A model generated the notes under the pieces. It was not told the origin of the DNA, did no database searches, and saw nothing but the letters and a program-made list of their open reading frames with translations. A DNA stretch of 32,000 nt from an uncultured Gemmataceae bacterium (GTDB lineage: Bacteria > Planctomycetota > Planctomycetia > Gemmatales > Gemmataceae). Of this stretch, positions 10,861 to 19,380 are shown in pieces. The position numbers and the translations under genes were made by a program. Location: the NCBI GenBank assembly GCA_963804745.1, contig CAWDRY010000038.1:56047-88046 (forward strand), written 5' to 3'. Within the stretch, counting starts at the first letter, position 1. Every line of letters starts with the position of its first letter.

Positions 10861-11715
10861 CTACTGTTTCGGCACCAGCGCTGCCCGGCTGAACTGCTCC
10901 GGCTTCAGGTCGGGGTTGAGCTTGATGTCGCGGAAGTAATACTCGGCGATCAGCTTGCCTTCCTCACCCTTGAGCACCGAGCCGATTTGCAGCCAGTTTT
11001 CCTTATCTATGTAGATCGTCAGTTCCGTGATGCCGTCGGCTTCGGGCTTCTGGTACTTTGTGCGTTTGAGCTTCCAGCAGAGTCGATCATTGCATTCCTT
11101 CAGCTTGACCTCGCCGATATAGTCGACGTGCAGAGCCTTCTTTTCGTTGGCGGCTTTCCAGCTATCCAGCGTGCGCTGGGCACCGATGTACAGGCCGAAT
11201 TCCTTGAGAGTGTAGCGTCCCGACTGGCGGGAATCGTCGCTGTCCATGTCACGCTCAACGATGTCGCCGACAAGGAGCCGCGCGAGCTGCCCATAAGGCC
11301 GGGCCAGCATCTTGCCATCGTTTTCGCCCTCGACGTACAGTGTGCGCTCGGCCTTACGGGCGCCTTCCTGCCAACAGAAGTAAACGCTGTATGGCTTCTC
11401 CCGGAAGCAAACATCAATAATTTCCTTGTCCTGCAATTTTCCTGTCTCGATGCCGCCGATGCGCTCCTGCTTATGGAAAGTGAGGGTGTAACACTTGACA
11501 TCGCGTTTGTAGCGGCGCAGGCAATTCTCCATGAAGGCAATGGGATTCTCCTTGGCAAGTCGCTCCATTTGAGCAGCATCCGGCAGGGCCTTGCCGTCGT
11601 CAGTAATGCCGCTGCTGCTGGCATTCGAATTCGAGGCCGGCTCGATGGGACCAGGCGTGGCGGGGGCACAGTCGGCCACGGCAAGGCATACAAACAGAAA
11701 CAGAAAGCGACGCAT
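10861..11715 (-). CDS. DUF1571 domain-containing protein (probable lipoprotein/secreted)
   Basis: 284-aa ORF with signal MRRFLFLFVCLAVADCAP and a YTLTFHKQERIGG...FREKPYSVYFCWQEGARKAERTLYVEG...GRYTLKEFG core. Confidence 0.75.
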   Translation of the reverse strand: MRRFLFLFVCLAVADCAPATPGPIEPASNSNASSSGITDDGKALPDAAQMERLAKENPIAFMENCLRRYKRDVKCYTLTFHKQERIGGIETGKLQDKEIIDVCFREKPYSVYFCWQEGARKAERTLYVEGENDGKMLARPYGQLARLLVGDIVERDMDSDDSRQSGRYTLKEFGLYIGAQRTLDSWKAANEKKALHVDYIGEVKLKECNDRLCWKLKRTKYQKPEADGITELTIYIDKENWLQIGSVLKGEEGKLIAEYYFRDIKLNPDLKPEQFSRAALVPKQ

Positions 11716-11846
11716 TTGTGCTCCTCCTGTCCTTGGGGTGATCGATTCTCCGAACAGAGTAGTTTAGGGGCTTTACTGAAAATGGACAACTGAGTTTTGT
11801 GCAGGCCGGCTCGTGGGTGCAGAACCTTGCGTTTCCACCTGCCTCC

Positions 11847-11945
11847 TCAACGAGCCAGTTCATCTTCGGTGTACCCGGACAGGTAAAGCACTTTAGCTTC
11901 GGGCCGCAGATGGGTCAATCTCTGTGCGAGATGGCGACCGATCAG
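11847..11945 (-). pseudogene. Response-regulator receiver domain C-terminal remnant
   Basis: Reading GRHLAQRLTHLRPEAKVLYLSGYTEDELAR resembles the LAERLxxLRPxxKVLYxSGYT motif of hybrid kinase/REC domains; no domain upstream. Confidence 0.5.
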
Positions 11946-11993
11946 AGTGCAGGACACGGTTTGCAACGGCGCGTGAAATACCCTGGAGGCTCT

Positions 11994-12064
11994 GTAGCCG
12001 AATTCGCCAGAATTCGGGGCCTGGGGAGAGAGCACAGCCCCCGAATTCTGGCGAATTCGGCTAC
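11994..12064. repeat. 26-bp perfect inverted repeat with 19-bp spacer
   Basis: GTAGCCGAATTCGCCAGAATTCGGGG (11994..12019) and its reverse complement CCCCGAATTCTGGCGAATTCGGCTAC (12039..12064). Confidence 0.92.
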
Positions 12065-12373
12065 GACGCAAACCATGTCCTGCACCAGACCGGTCATGTT
12101 ACATGAAATGGGACACGATGACGCAGTGAAAATGCTGGTAAACATGCTTGCTTACAAAAAAGTAAAGAATCTTGCAACCATGGACTTGACAAAGCTAGCA
12201 GAGCATGTAGACTGAGATTCAGTCTCAATAAAACCCTGGCAAGAACAGCGTTCGTTCTGCAAGGAATGAGGCTTTTGAGTCGAGAAATGTTGCTTCCCCT
12301 GAAATTGCTGGTTCGTCCGGTCGCCTTGGCGGGATGATCATTCCTATCCGACACTTCCAACCAGGATCGGTGC

Positions 12374-12622
12374 ATGGCTTCTCTGGACAAGACGCCGGTT
12401 GGCCAACGAGTCCGCATCACGGCAATCCACGGCGACGACGCCATCTTTCAACGTCTCCTGGAAATGGGACTGCTGGAGGGCGAAGAAATCGAAGTTATCG
12501 GCTTCGCTCCTCTCGGTGATCCGATGGAAATTCGTTTGCGTGATTATCGGCTCAGCCTGCGGCGGAGTGAGGCGGCCAGGATTGACGTGACTCGCCTTGC
12601 AGATGATGGGGTGACAAGGTGA
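12374..12622 (+). CDS. feoA: Ferrous iron transport protein A (FeoA)
   Basis: 82 aa: VGQRVRITAIHGDDAIFQRLLEMGLLEGEEIEVIGFAPLGDPMEIRLRDYRLSLRRSEAARIDV; immediately upstream of feoB. Confidence 0.88.
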   Translation: MASLDKTPVGQRVRITAIHGDDAIFQRLLEMGLLEGEEIEVIGFAPLGDPMEIRLRDYRLSLRRSEAARIDVTRLADDGVTR

Positions 12623-12684
12623 CAAGGTGAAAGGGTGACAAGGTGACAAGGTGACAGGGTGACAGGGTGACAAGGTGACAAGGT
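12610..12684 (+). repeat. 8-bp tandem array, consensus GGTGACAA/GGTGACAG, 9 units
   Basis: Direct reading of units at 12610, 12618, 12626, 12634, 12642, 12650, 12658, 12666 and 12674. Confidence 0.95.
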
Positions 12685-12752
12685 AAAGAGGCGACGGCAT
12701 TCCAATTCTGCCGAGGTTTTGGCGATGAAGCAAGTGAAGAAAGAAGCAAGCT

Positions 12753-15011
12753 ATGGAGTCACCCTGTCACCCTGTCACCCTGTCACCTTGTCATCCTGTC
12801 ACCTTGTCACCCTGTCATCCTGTCACGGTGGCTCTCCTCGGCAACCCCAACACCGGCAAGACGACGCTCTTTAACGCCCTGGCCGGCATGCGGCAGCGGG
12901 TGGGCAACTATCCCGGCGTCACCGTCGAAACGAAAAAGGGGCGGATGACCCACCAGGGCCAGGTGTTTCACGTGGTTGATCTCCCCGGCACCTACAGCCT
13001 GGCGCCGCGCAGTCCGGACGAGATGGTCGCGGTCGATCTCATCCTCGGGGATCAAGCAGGCGAGGAACGACCCGACGTAATAGTCGCCATCGTCGATGCC
13101 TCCAACCTCGAACGCAATCTTTACCTGACCACGCAGGCGATGGAAGTGGGCGTGCCGGTCGTCATCGCGCTTAACATGATCGACGTGGCCGAGCGGCAGG
13201 GATTGCACATCGACACGGAACGATTGGCTCGCCAGCTTGGCATGCCCGTTGTCCCAATTCAGGCGAACAAGCGGAAGGGACTGGACCGGCTCAAACAGGC
13301 GGTTGCGGAAGCAGTGGTCAGTGGTCAGTGGTCAGTGGTCAGTGGTCAGTGGTCAGTGGTCAGTGAGAGGAGAAACCAGGGGACGTGGCGGGCACCGCCA
13401 TTTCCCGAGGCATTCGAGCGTGAGGCAACAGCGCTGCACGACGCTATTGGCGATAGCACGCCTCCGTTTCTTGTTCGCCGGCTACTTCTGGACGTTGGCG
13501 GCCATACTGAGCGATGTTTCGCCGAACGCAACGGAGCGAATCTCCCTGATCTAGTGAAAGCGGCACGAGAGCGGCTGGCGGCGGCGGGTTGTGCAGTGCC
13601 GGCCGTGGAAGCCAGGACGCGCTATGCCTGGATTCGGCAAGCGACGGCAGACTGCATTCTCCGTCCCGAACAACGGCCCGTCATCTGGACTGATCGGCTC
13701 GACCGCGTGCTGACGCACTGGCTCTGGGGCACGCTGATCTTTCTAGCGCTGATGGCCGTCGTGTTCACGTCGATCTTCTATCTGGCCGACCCGCCCATGA
13801 AGGTGATCGAAAACGGCAAAAACGCCCTCGGCAACAGGCTGAGTGACTGGCTGCCGCCCGGACCCCTCACCAGCCTGCTGATCAGGGGTGTGCTGGAGGG
13901 CGTCGGCAGCGTGCTCAAGTTCCTGCCGCAGATCCTCATCCTGTTCGGCTTCCTCGCCATCCTGGAGGACTGCGGCTACATGGCCCGGGCTGCGTATCTC
14001 ATGGACAAGATCATGAGCCAGTGCGGGCTGAACGGCAAGTCGTTCATTCCGATGCTCTCCTCGATGGCCTGCGCGGTGCCCGGCATCATGGCGACGCGCG
14101 TCATCGAGAACCGGCGCGATCGGCTGGCGACCATCCTCGTAGCTCCGCTGGTGAGTTGTTCAGCCCGGCTGCCGGTGTACACGCTGCTGATCGCCGCCTT
14201 TATTCCCACGGACACGGTCCTCGGCTACTGCCTGCCTGGGCTGGTCATGTTCTCCATGTACATGATCGGTCTCATCGTGGCGCCGCTCGTGGCTCTGTTG
14301 CTGAAGCGGACGCTGCTGCGCGGCGAGACGCCGGCCTTTGTCATGGAGATGCCGCTCTACAAATGGCCGTCGCCGCGGCTGGTGATCCGGCGCATGCTCG
14401 ACAGCGGCTGGGCTTTCGTTCGCCGGGCGGGCACGCTCATCCTGGCCAGCATGATTCTCGTCTATGCCCTGTTGTACTTCCCTTCCAACGGCTACGACCA
14501 GCAAATTGCCGATCTGCGAGATGATCTCAAGAAGACGACAGACAACGACGCTCGGAAGGACATCAAGGAGCAGATCAACAAGTGTGACGGCGACTGGAAA
14601 CGACAAAGCATCCTGGGCCGGACGGGGCGTGCCATCGAGCCGGCCGTGAAACCTTTGGGCTGGGATTGGCGCATCGGCATGGCGGCATTGGCAAGCTTCC
14701 CGGCTCGCGAGGTCGTGGTCGGCACGTTGGGGGTCATCTACAACGTTGGTGAGGCGGAACCTCAGAAACTGCACGACCCGCTGAAGAATGCGACCTGGGA
14801 TGACGATCCTGGCCGCAAGGTCTTCACGATACCGACGGCCCTATCGCTGATGGTGTTCTTTGCGTTATGCTGTCAATGCGCCTCGACGCTGGCGGTGATT
14901 AAACGCGAGACACGAAGCTGGCGCTGGCCGATTTTCACGTTTGTGTACATGACGGTATTGGCGTATGTCGGGGCGCTGGTGGTATATCAGATAGGGAGCT
15001 TGATAATCTGA
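12753..15011 (+). CDS. feoB: Ferrous iron transport protein B (FeoB)
   Basis: GNPNTGKTTLFNAL (G1), PGVTVETKKG (G2), DLPGTYSL (G3), NMID (G4), then Gate/core membrane domains; 752-aa ORF. Confidence 0.95.
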   Translation: MESPCHPVTLSPCHPVTLSPCHPVTVALLGNPNTGKTTLFNALAGMRQRVGNYPGVTVETKKGRMTHQGQVFHVVDLPGTYSLAPRSPDEMVAVDLILGDQAGEERPDVIVAIVDASNLERNLYLTTQAMEVGVPVVIALNMIDVAERQGLHIDTERLARQLGMPVVPIQANKRKGLDRLKQAVAEAVVSGQWSVVSGQWSVVSERRNQGTWRAPPFPEAFEREATALHDAIGDSTPPFLVRRLLLDVGGHTERCFAERNGANLPDLVKAARERLAAAGCAVPAVEARTRYAWIRQATADCILRPEQRPVIWTDRLDRVLTHWLWGTLIFLALMAVVFTSIFYLADPPMKVIENGKNALGNRLSDWLPPGPLTSLLIRGVLEGVGSVLKFLPQILILFGFLAILEDCGYMARAAYLMDKIMSQCGLNGKSFIPMLSSMACAVPGIMATRVIENRRDRLATILVAPLVSCSARLPVYTLLIAAFIPTDTVLGYCLPGLVMFSMYMIGLIVAPLVALLLKRTLLRGETPAFVMEMPLYKWPSPRLVIRRMLDSGWAFVRRAGTLILASMILVYALLYFPSNGYDQQIADLRDDLKKTTDNDARKDIKEQINKCDGDWKRQSILGRTGRAIEPAVKPLGWDWRIGMAALASFPAREVVVGTLGVIYNVGEAEPQKLHDPLKNATWDDDPGRKVFTIPTALSLMVFFALCCQCASTLAVIKRETRSWRWPIFTFVYMTVLAYVGALVVYQIGSLII
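12761..12824 (+). repeat. 8-bp tandem array, consensus ACCCTGTC, 8 units; reverse-complement register of the 12610 array
   Basis: Direct reading; translated in the FeoB ORF as SPCHPVTL repeats. Confidence 0.95.
13312..13365 (+). repeat. 7-bp tandem array CAGTGGT, ~7.7 units, inside feoB
   Basis: Seven full CAGTGGT units starting at 13312 plus partial CAGTG; translated as SGQWSVV repeats. Confidence 0.95.
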
Positions 15012-15025
15012 GGAAGCATCGGAAC

Positions 15026-15241
15026 ATGAACTGGCAACTCTTCATCGCCGGCCTGATCGTCGCCGGCGCTACCGGGTATCTGGCCCGGCAGACCTGGCGT
15101 AGCTGGAGCGGCCGCAAGAAAGCCGGCTGTGGCGGCGGATGCTGCGGCAGCCAGCAGAGTTCAGCAACGACGGACGGTCAGGCCAACCTCATTCCCGCCG
15201 AGCAAATCAGCGTGCGCCGCCGATCATCCGACCCGTCATAA
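15026..15241 (+). CDS. FeoB-associated Cys-rich membrane protein
   Basis: 71 aa with N-terminal TM (LFIAGLIVAGATGYLARQTW) and CGGGCCG motif, directly after feoB. Confidence 0.78.
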   Translation: MNWQLFIAGLIVAGATGYLARQTWRSWSGRKKAGCGGGCCGSQQSSATTDGQANLIPAEQISVRRRSSDPS

Positions 15242-15297
15242 AGCCCCTTTCTTGCTATCATAAGCCGCAGCCCCATCCATTAACACAGGGAAGCGCT

Positions 15298-16302
15298 ATG
15301 TCACAAGGAACTGAAGGACATTTGGAACACGCGGAACATGCTCAGCACGCGGCACACGATCCGTTCGACCGGCGCGTGGCGATGACGATGACGATTGTGG
15401 CGGCGGTGCTGGCGTGCGTCACCATGCTCAGTCATCGGGCACATAATGACAGGCTCGCGCTCCAGAATGATGCGCATGCTGAGCAGACCGAGGTATTGAG
15501 TATCCAGAATGAGGTGATCCGCTTGCAGAACGAAGCGGGAGATGACAAGACCGAAGTGGTGCGCGTCGTTCTGCAAGCGCTAGACATAAAGAACGAGGGG
15601 ATCAGCCAACAGAACGACAAGTCTGCTTTGCAGGCAGACTCGAACAAGCTGATGACACAGGTTGACACCCTGCACACCAAGGCTTCCGACCAGTGGAGCT
15701 ATTTCCAGGCCAAGAAGAACCGCCAATACTTGTACGAGGCTTGTGCAGAACTCCTCTCCGTGACCGCCAAGGATGCCAACAATCCGAAAGCCGCCGAAGA
15801 AGCCAACCAGTTCATCATGGACTGGAAAAAGAAGACAGAGGAATACCAGGCAGACACCAAGAACATTGAGAAGGAGGCACGCGGTCTCGAAGCGGAAGCC
15901 AAGAAGCTTTTAACTGAAGATCAAAAGAAACAGCAGGAAATCGACAAGAAACAGCAGGAAATCCAAAAGACGCAGGAGAAAGCTCAACAAAAGCAGGCCG
16001 AGATCCAGAAAATGCTAGAAGCGGCACAGGAGAAGAAGAGCGAGATCCAGAAAAAGCAACAAGAAGCCCAGAATAAGCAAGCGGACAGATCTTACGAGAA
16101 GACACGCGAGAAAAGCCATCAGGTCCACCTCCGCGCTAACCGATATGATTACTCGGAACTAGGACTCGAGATGGCACTGATCCTGTGTTCCGTCGCCGTG
16201 TTGACAAAACAGCGAGCTTTCTGGTTTTCGGGCATGGTTGTCGGATTGGTGGGACTGTCAATAGCTACCACGGGCTGGTTTGGGTTGTTCATGCCGCACT
16301 GA
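15298..16302 (+). CDS. DUF4337-like membrane protein with extended Gln/Lys-rich coiled coil
   Basis: FDRRVAMTMTIVAAVLACVTMLSHRAHNDRL...KASDQWSYFQAKKNRQYLYE, long coiled coil, C-terminal TMs. Confidence 0.72.
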   Translation: MSQGTEGHLEHAEHAQHAAHDPFDRRVAMTMTIVAAVLACVTMLSHRAHNDRLALQNDAHAEQTEVLSIQNEVIRLQNEAGDDKTEVVRVVLQALDIKNEGISQQNDKSALQADSNKLMTQVDTLHTKASDQWSYFQAKKNRQYLYEACAELLSVTAKDANNPKAAEEANQFIMDWKKKTEEYQADTKNIEKEARGLEAEAKKLLTEDQKKQQEIDKKQQEIQKTQEKAQQKQAEIQKMLEAAQEKKSEIQKKQQEAQNKQADRSYEKTREKSHQVHLRANRYDYSELGLEMALILCSVAVLTKQRAFWFSGMVVGLVGLSIATTGWFGLFMPH

Positions 16303-16479
16303 CCGGAGGCAACCGGTCAGAGTTCAGAAGCGTTTTCCGGCACCTGGCTTGTCTTCTGCGCCGGACCGCCATGAAGGAATTGACGCACAGTCCCACAAAG
16401 ACTGCACACAGGAGTGCCATGATCGAGGAGCACAAGTTCCGGGTTAAGTCCGTGATCGTTTTCGGCTTCGACCAGGTTT

Positions 16480-16777
16480 GGCCCGGTCCGCGAGCCACTT
16501 CTTGAACGAAGTCTGGCTCTCGGCCGAAGGCTGGCCGGCCAGCAGGTTCGCGACGCTAATGTCCTCGTCGATGGCCGGCCAGTGGATTCCCCGGCCACCG
16601 GCTATGAGTCGCCAGGTATTTCCGTTCCTCGGGCGTGGCATGTGCCAGGCGAGGATACCAGCCCACCGGCGCGGCGACGGTGCGGCCGTTGGCCAGTTCA
16701 ACAGTCAGAGTATCGTCGCTGACATCTACCTGAATGGCAAGTGCAAATCCTGCTTTCAAATGGTCACTTCGAGGCAT
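16480..16777 (-). pseudogene. DUF2442 domain-containing protein, frameshifted
   Basis: ALAIQVDVSDDTLTVELANGRTVAAPVGWYPRLAHATPEER (ORF 16556..16777), then IHWPAIDEDISVANLLAGQPSAESQTSFKKWLADR (ORF 16444..16701). Confidence 0.7.
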
Positions 16778-17669
16778 CAGGATGCTCCAGAATGATCAAT
16801 TGCCTTTCGCCATAGAGCGATGGCTTGTCTGGCGGGTCATAACGCACTTTCAGCCAAATTCGGGTGATGTCGGGACTATAACTGCTCCACGGTAGGCATA
16901 ACGTGTAGCCCTTACCAATCGCATCCTTCCGTCGCACTCTTTGGAGAGTTTCGCCGTCGATACGCCAGACTTCCTGAAGGTCGGGAGGCTCGTTAGCCTT
17001 GGTTGTCTCCCTATGAAGTTCCACGACCACCTCACCATTCCCGTACTGCGGCACTTCGGCCTTTTCACCGATTAGATACAGTCTGCCGGTCAAACATGCA
17101 ATTCGTTCGCCATCATGTGAGAGATCGGCGTGGAAAACGATGTTCTTTTCCCAGTTGGCGACGATGCTGGCCCCTTTCCTGAGAGGCATGCCGCTCTTGG
17201 CCACTACCCGACAGCCTGAGAATGCAATAAAGAATGGACCATCTTGTTCGCCCTTCCTCCCTTCACATAGGCCGCAGATCGTGACGACCTGGGGAGGCTC
17301 CAAATCCACCAATTGCTTGCGATCCTCGGCGTCGAACCGAAATGCGATGCAAGTCTCGGGAGCGCGGCTACCTTCTATCGTCGGCACATAAACCGGCGGA
17401 GTATGATCCGGATATCCCAGAACGCTCTTGACCAGCCCGGTGACCTCTACTTGCTTGTTCGTGAAGTTCTCGTCGGCAAAGGCATCGTTGGTGCGGTAAG
17501 CCCGGAACAACTCTGCGGCAGTCGTTTTCCTCACGGTTGAAGTATTGCCATCGAACTCTGCTCCTTTATGGTTATCGCCCTTGCGGAGCGGCAAGTCTGC
17601 TTTCCTCTGTGGCTCGTCGGCGGCGATTAACAAACAAGCAAAAACACCAATCAGGATGTGTATTCTCAT
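16764..17669 (-). CDS. Secreted hypothetical protein with putative tRNA_anti-like OB-fold segment
   Basis: 301-aa ORF; signal MRIHILIGVFACLLIA; AAELFRAYRTNDAFADENFTNKQVEVTGLVKSV resembles tRNA_anti-like domains. Confidence 0.55.
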   Translation of the reverse strand: MRIHILIGVFACLLIAADEPQRKADLPLRKGDNHKGAEFDGNTSTVRKTTAAELFRAYRTNDAFADENFTNKQVEVTGLVKSVLGYPDHTPPVYVPTIEGSRAPETCIAFRFDAEDRKQLVDLEPPQVVTICGLCEGRKGEQDGPFFIAFSGCRVVAKSGMPLRKGASIVANWEKNIVFHADLSHDGERIACLTGRLYLIGEKAEVPQYGNGEVVVELHRETTKANEPPDLQEVWRIDGETLQRVRRKDAIGKGYTLCLPWSSYSPDITRIWLKVRYDPPDKPSLYGERQLIILEHPDASK

Positions 17670-17770
17670 GGCAAACCTCCGTGTGAACCAGGTGCGGTCT
17701 TTTGAATGATAAAAGCGTCTCTTCTCGCGCCAGGCTCAGGATTATCGTCTTTCGGGAACACCCGGACAAG

Positions 17771-17788
17771 TTCAAAGCCCGGCGTTGT
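17771..17788 (+). repeat. Left 18-bp target-site duplication AGTTCAAAGCCCGGCGTT
   Basis: Identical to 19239..19256, immediately outside the IS inverted repeats. Confidence 0.88.
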
Positions 17789-19238
17789 CACACCAAAGTA
17801 GAAATGTCCTCCTTTTGCCCCAGATAGAAATGTCCGGTGTCGCTACCAGTCATTTCTTCGGCAGACCTTGACGCCAGGGATGGTCAGGGCCAGGGCGATA
17901 CGAGCCCGAGGGGCCAGGGAGCGGTGCGGCGGCCGGAGCGCAGGGCGAGCGCAGCGAGCCCGGAGCGGAGGCCGCCGCACCGCTCCCTGGCCGAGGCTCG
18001 TCTCGCGGTTCTGCATTCGCCACGATCTCGTGGTAAGCTAGGTAACGTTCCCCAAAGCGAATCGCCATCGTCCTGTCACGACGCTCCTCAATAATCACCC
18101 GGCCATACCCGCAAGCCCGGCAGCGCCGGCTTGTGCAGTTGATACCAGCGGTTGTGCAAACGAATCGTGTAGTCGTTGGTCACCACGCGTTTCGTCTGCA
18201 CGCTCAGAATGGCCGGCAAGAAATACTGCCGTCCCAAGGCGCGGTGGGCATCCAAGCCATCAGCCGCTGGTACTGCAAAACGCCGGTTGTATTCCGGAAC
18301 CAGCGTGTGGCGAACGAACTCGTTCGCTGCTGCTCGGGTCGTCACCTTGGCCAAACGCATCTCCTTCACCCAGCGATCCTGGGCTACTTCAAAAAAGCCT
18401 CGATCCGTCCCTTGGCCTGCGGGCTGTGGGCCAGGATCAATTCGATGTCCAGCTCCCCATGGCCCGGCCAAACTGCGTCAGTCCTGCGGCGGCTTGTCCC
18501 TTACTTTGCCACTGAAAAACGCTGTCTCTGTCCGTGTAAAACGCCCACGGCCGGCCTTGGCGCCGCAGCCAGCGTTCCGTCATGTCCATGTACGCTTCGA
18601 CCGTTTCACCTTCGTAATACCCTGCGTCGATCCGACTCGTGGCATCGTCGATCAGCGCCACCAAAACCATCTCTTCACCACGCCCTTCCAGCCAGTCGTG
18701 CAGCAAGGTGTCCATCTGAATCAACTCGCCAAAACAACGCCGGCGCGGCCGCCGACTCCGATGCACGTCACGCCGCCGCTTGCGCCTCCATAGCCCCTCC
18801 GCCAGCAGCCATTGCCGTAAGGTCTCGACCGACACCTGCAGCCCCTGCGCCGCCAACTTTTCGCTCGCCAGCGTCGGCCCGAAGTCCGCGTAACACTTTT
18901 GATAGGTCTTCAGCACCTTGCCGCGAAGCTCCTCGTCCAGTCGCCGGTTGGACAGTCGGCCGCGCAGCCCATGCACCAAGGCCTGGTCGCCTTCCTCCTC
19001 CAAGCGTAGTGCCAAGCGGCGCACATGCCGCGCTGTCAGATCCAACAGCCGCGCCGCCTCGGCTTGGCTCGCCTTGCCATCCACGACTGTTTGCAAAACT
19101 TTCAAAACATCGCGCTCACGCTGACTCATAGTAATCCGGTCTTCGAACCCTTTCATGAGAACTGCCCTCCTTGACACGATTTGCCAAAGAGGACATTTCT
19201 ACCTTGTTAAGACCGGACATTTCTATTTTGGTTTGACA
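17789..19238 (-). mobile_element. ISNCY-family (IS1202-like) insertion sequence, ~1450 bp
   Basis: Terminal inverted repeats GTCACACCAAAGTAGAAATGTCC (left) and GTCAAACCAAAATAGAAATGTCC (right, reverse complement), 18-bp flanking direct repeat, transposase inside. Confidence 0.88.
17850..19177 (-). CDS. ISNCY family transposase, frameshifted
   Basis: MSQRERDVLKVLQTVVDGKASQAEAARLLDLTARHVRRL... CFGELIQMDTLLHDWLEGRG...LVALIDDATSRI; VRHTLVPEYNRRFAV; IIEERRDRTMAIRFGERYLAYHEI in other frames. Confidence 0.82.
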
Positions 19239-19256
19239 GTTCAAAGCCCGGCGTTT
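19239..19256 (+). repeat. Right 18-bp target-site duplication
   Basis: AGTTCAAAGCCCGGCGTT, identical to 17771..17788. Confidence 0.88.
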
Positions 19257-19380
19257 TGCCCGCTCGCGCCATATTCTAATTATCACGCGGGTATATTGCG
19301 GCCCAGTAAGCCGGCGACAGCGACCCAGCCCGAGCCAAAATGAACAACCCGCAGGACACTAGAAAGCACGAGGTCAATCC

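Noticed and set aside
12610-12824. Short direct repeats could suggest a CRISPR array
   Set aside because: Units are 8 bp and contiguous with no unique spacers; no cas genes.
13237-13554. Plus-strand ORF rich in SGQWSV repeats in an alternative frame of feoB
   Set aside because: A by-product of the 7-bp array being readable in several frames; FeoB is the conserved frame.
18133-19131. 332-aa plus-strand ORF over the transposase
   Set aside because: The transposase motifs lie on the opposite strand; this ORF has no recognisable domain.
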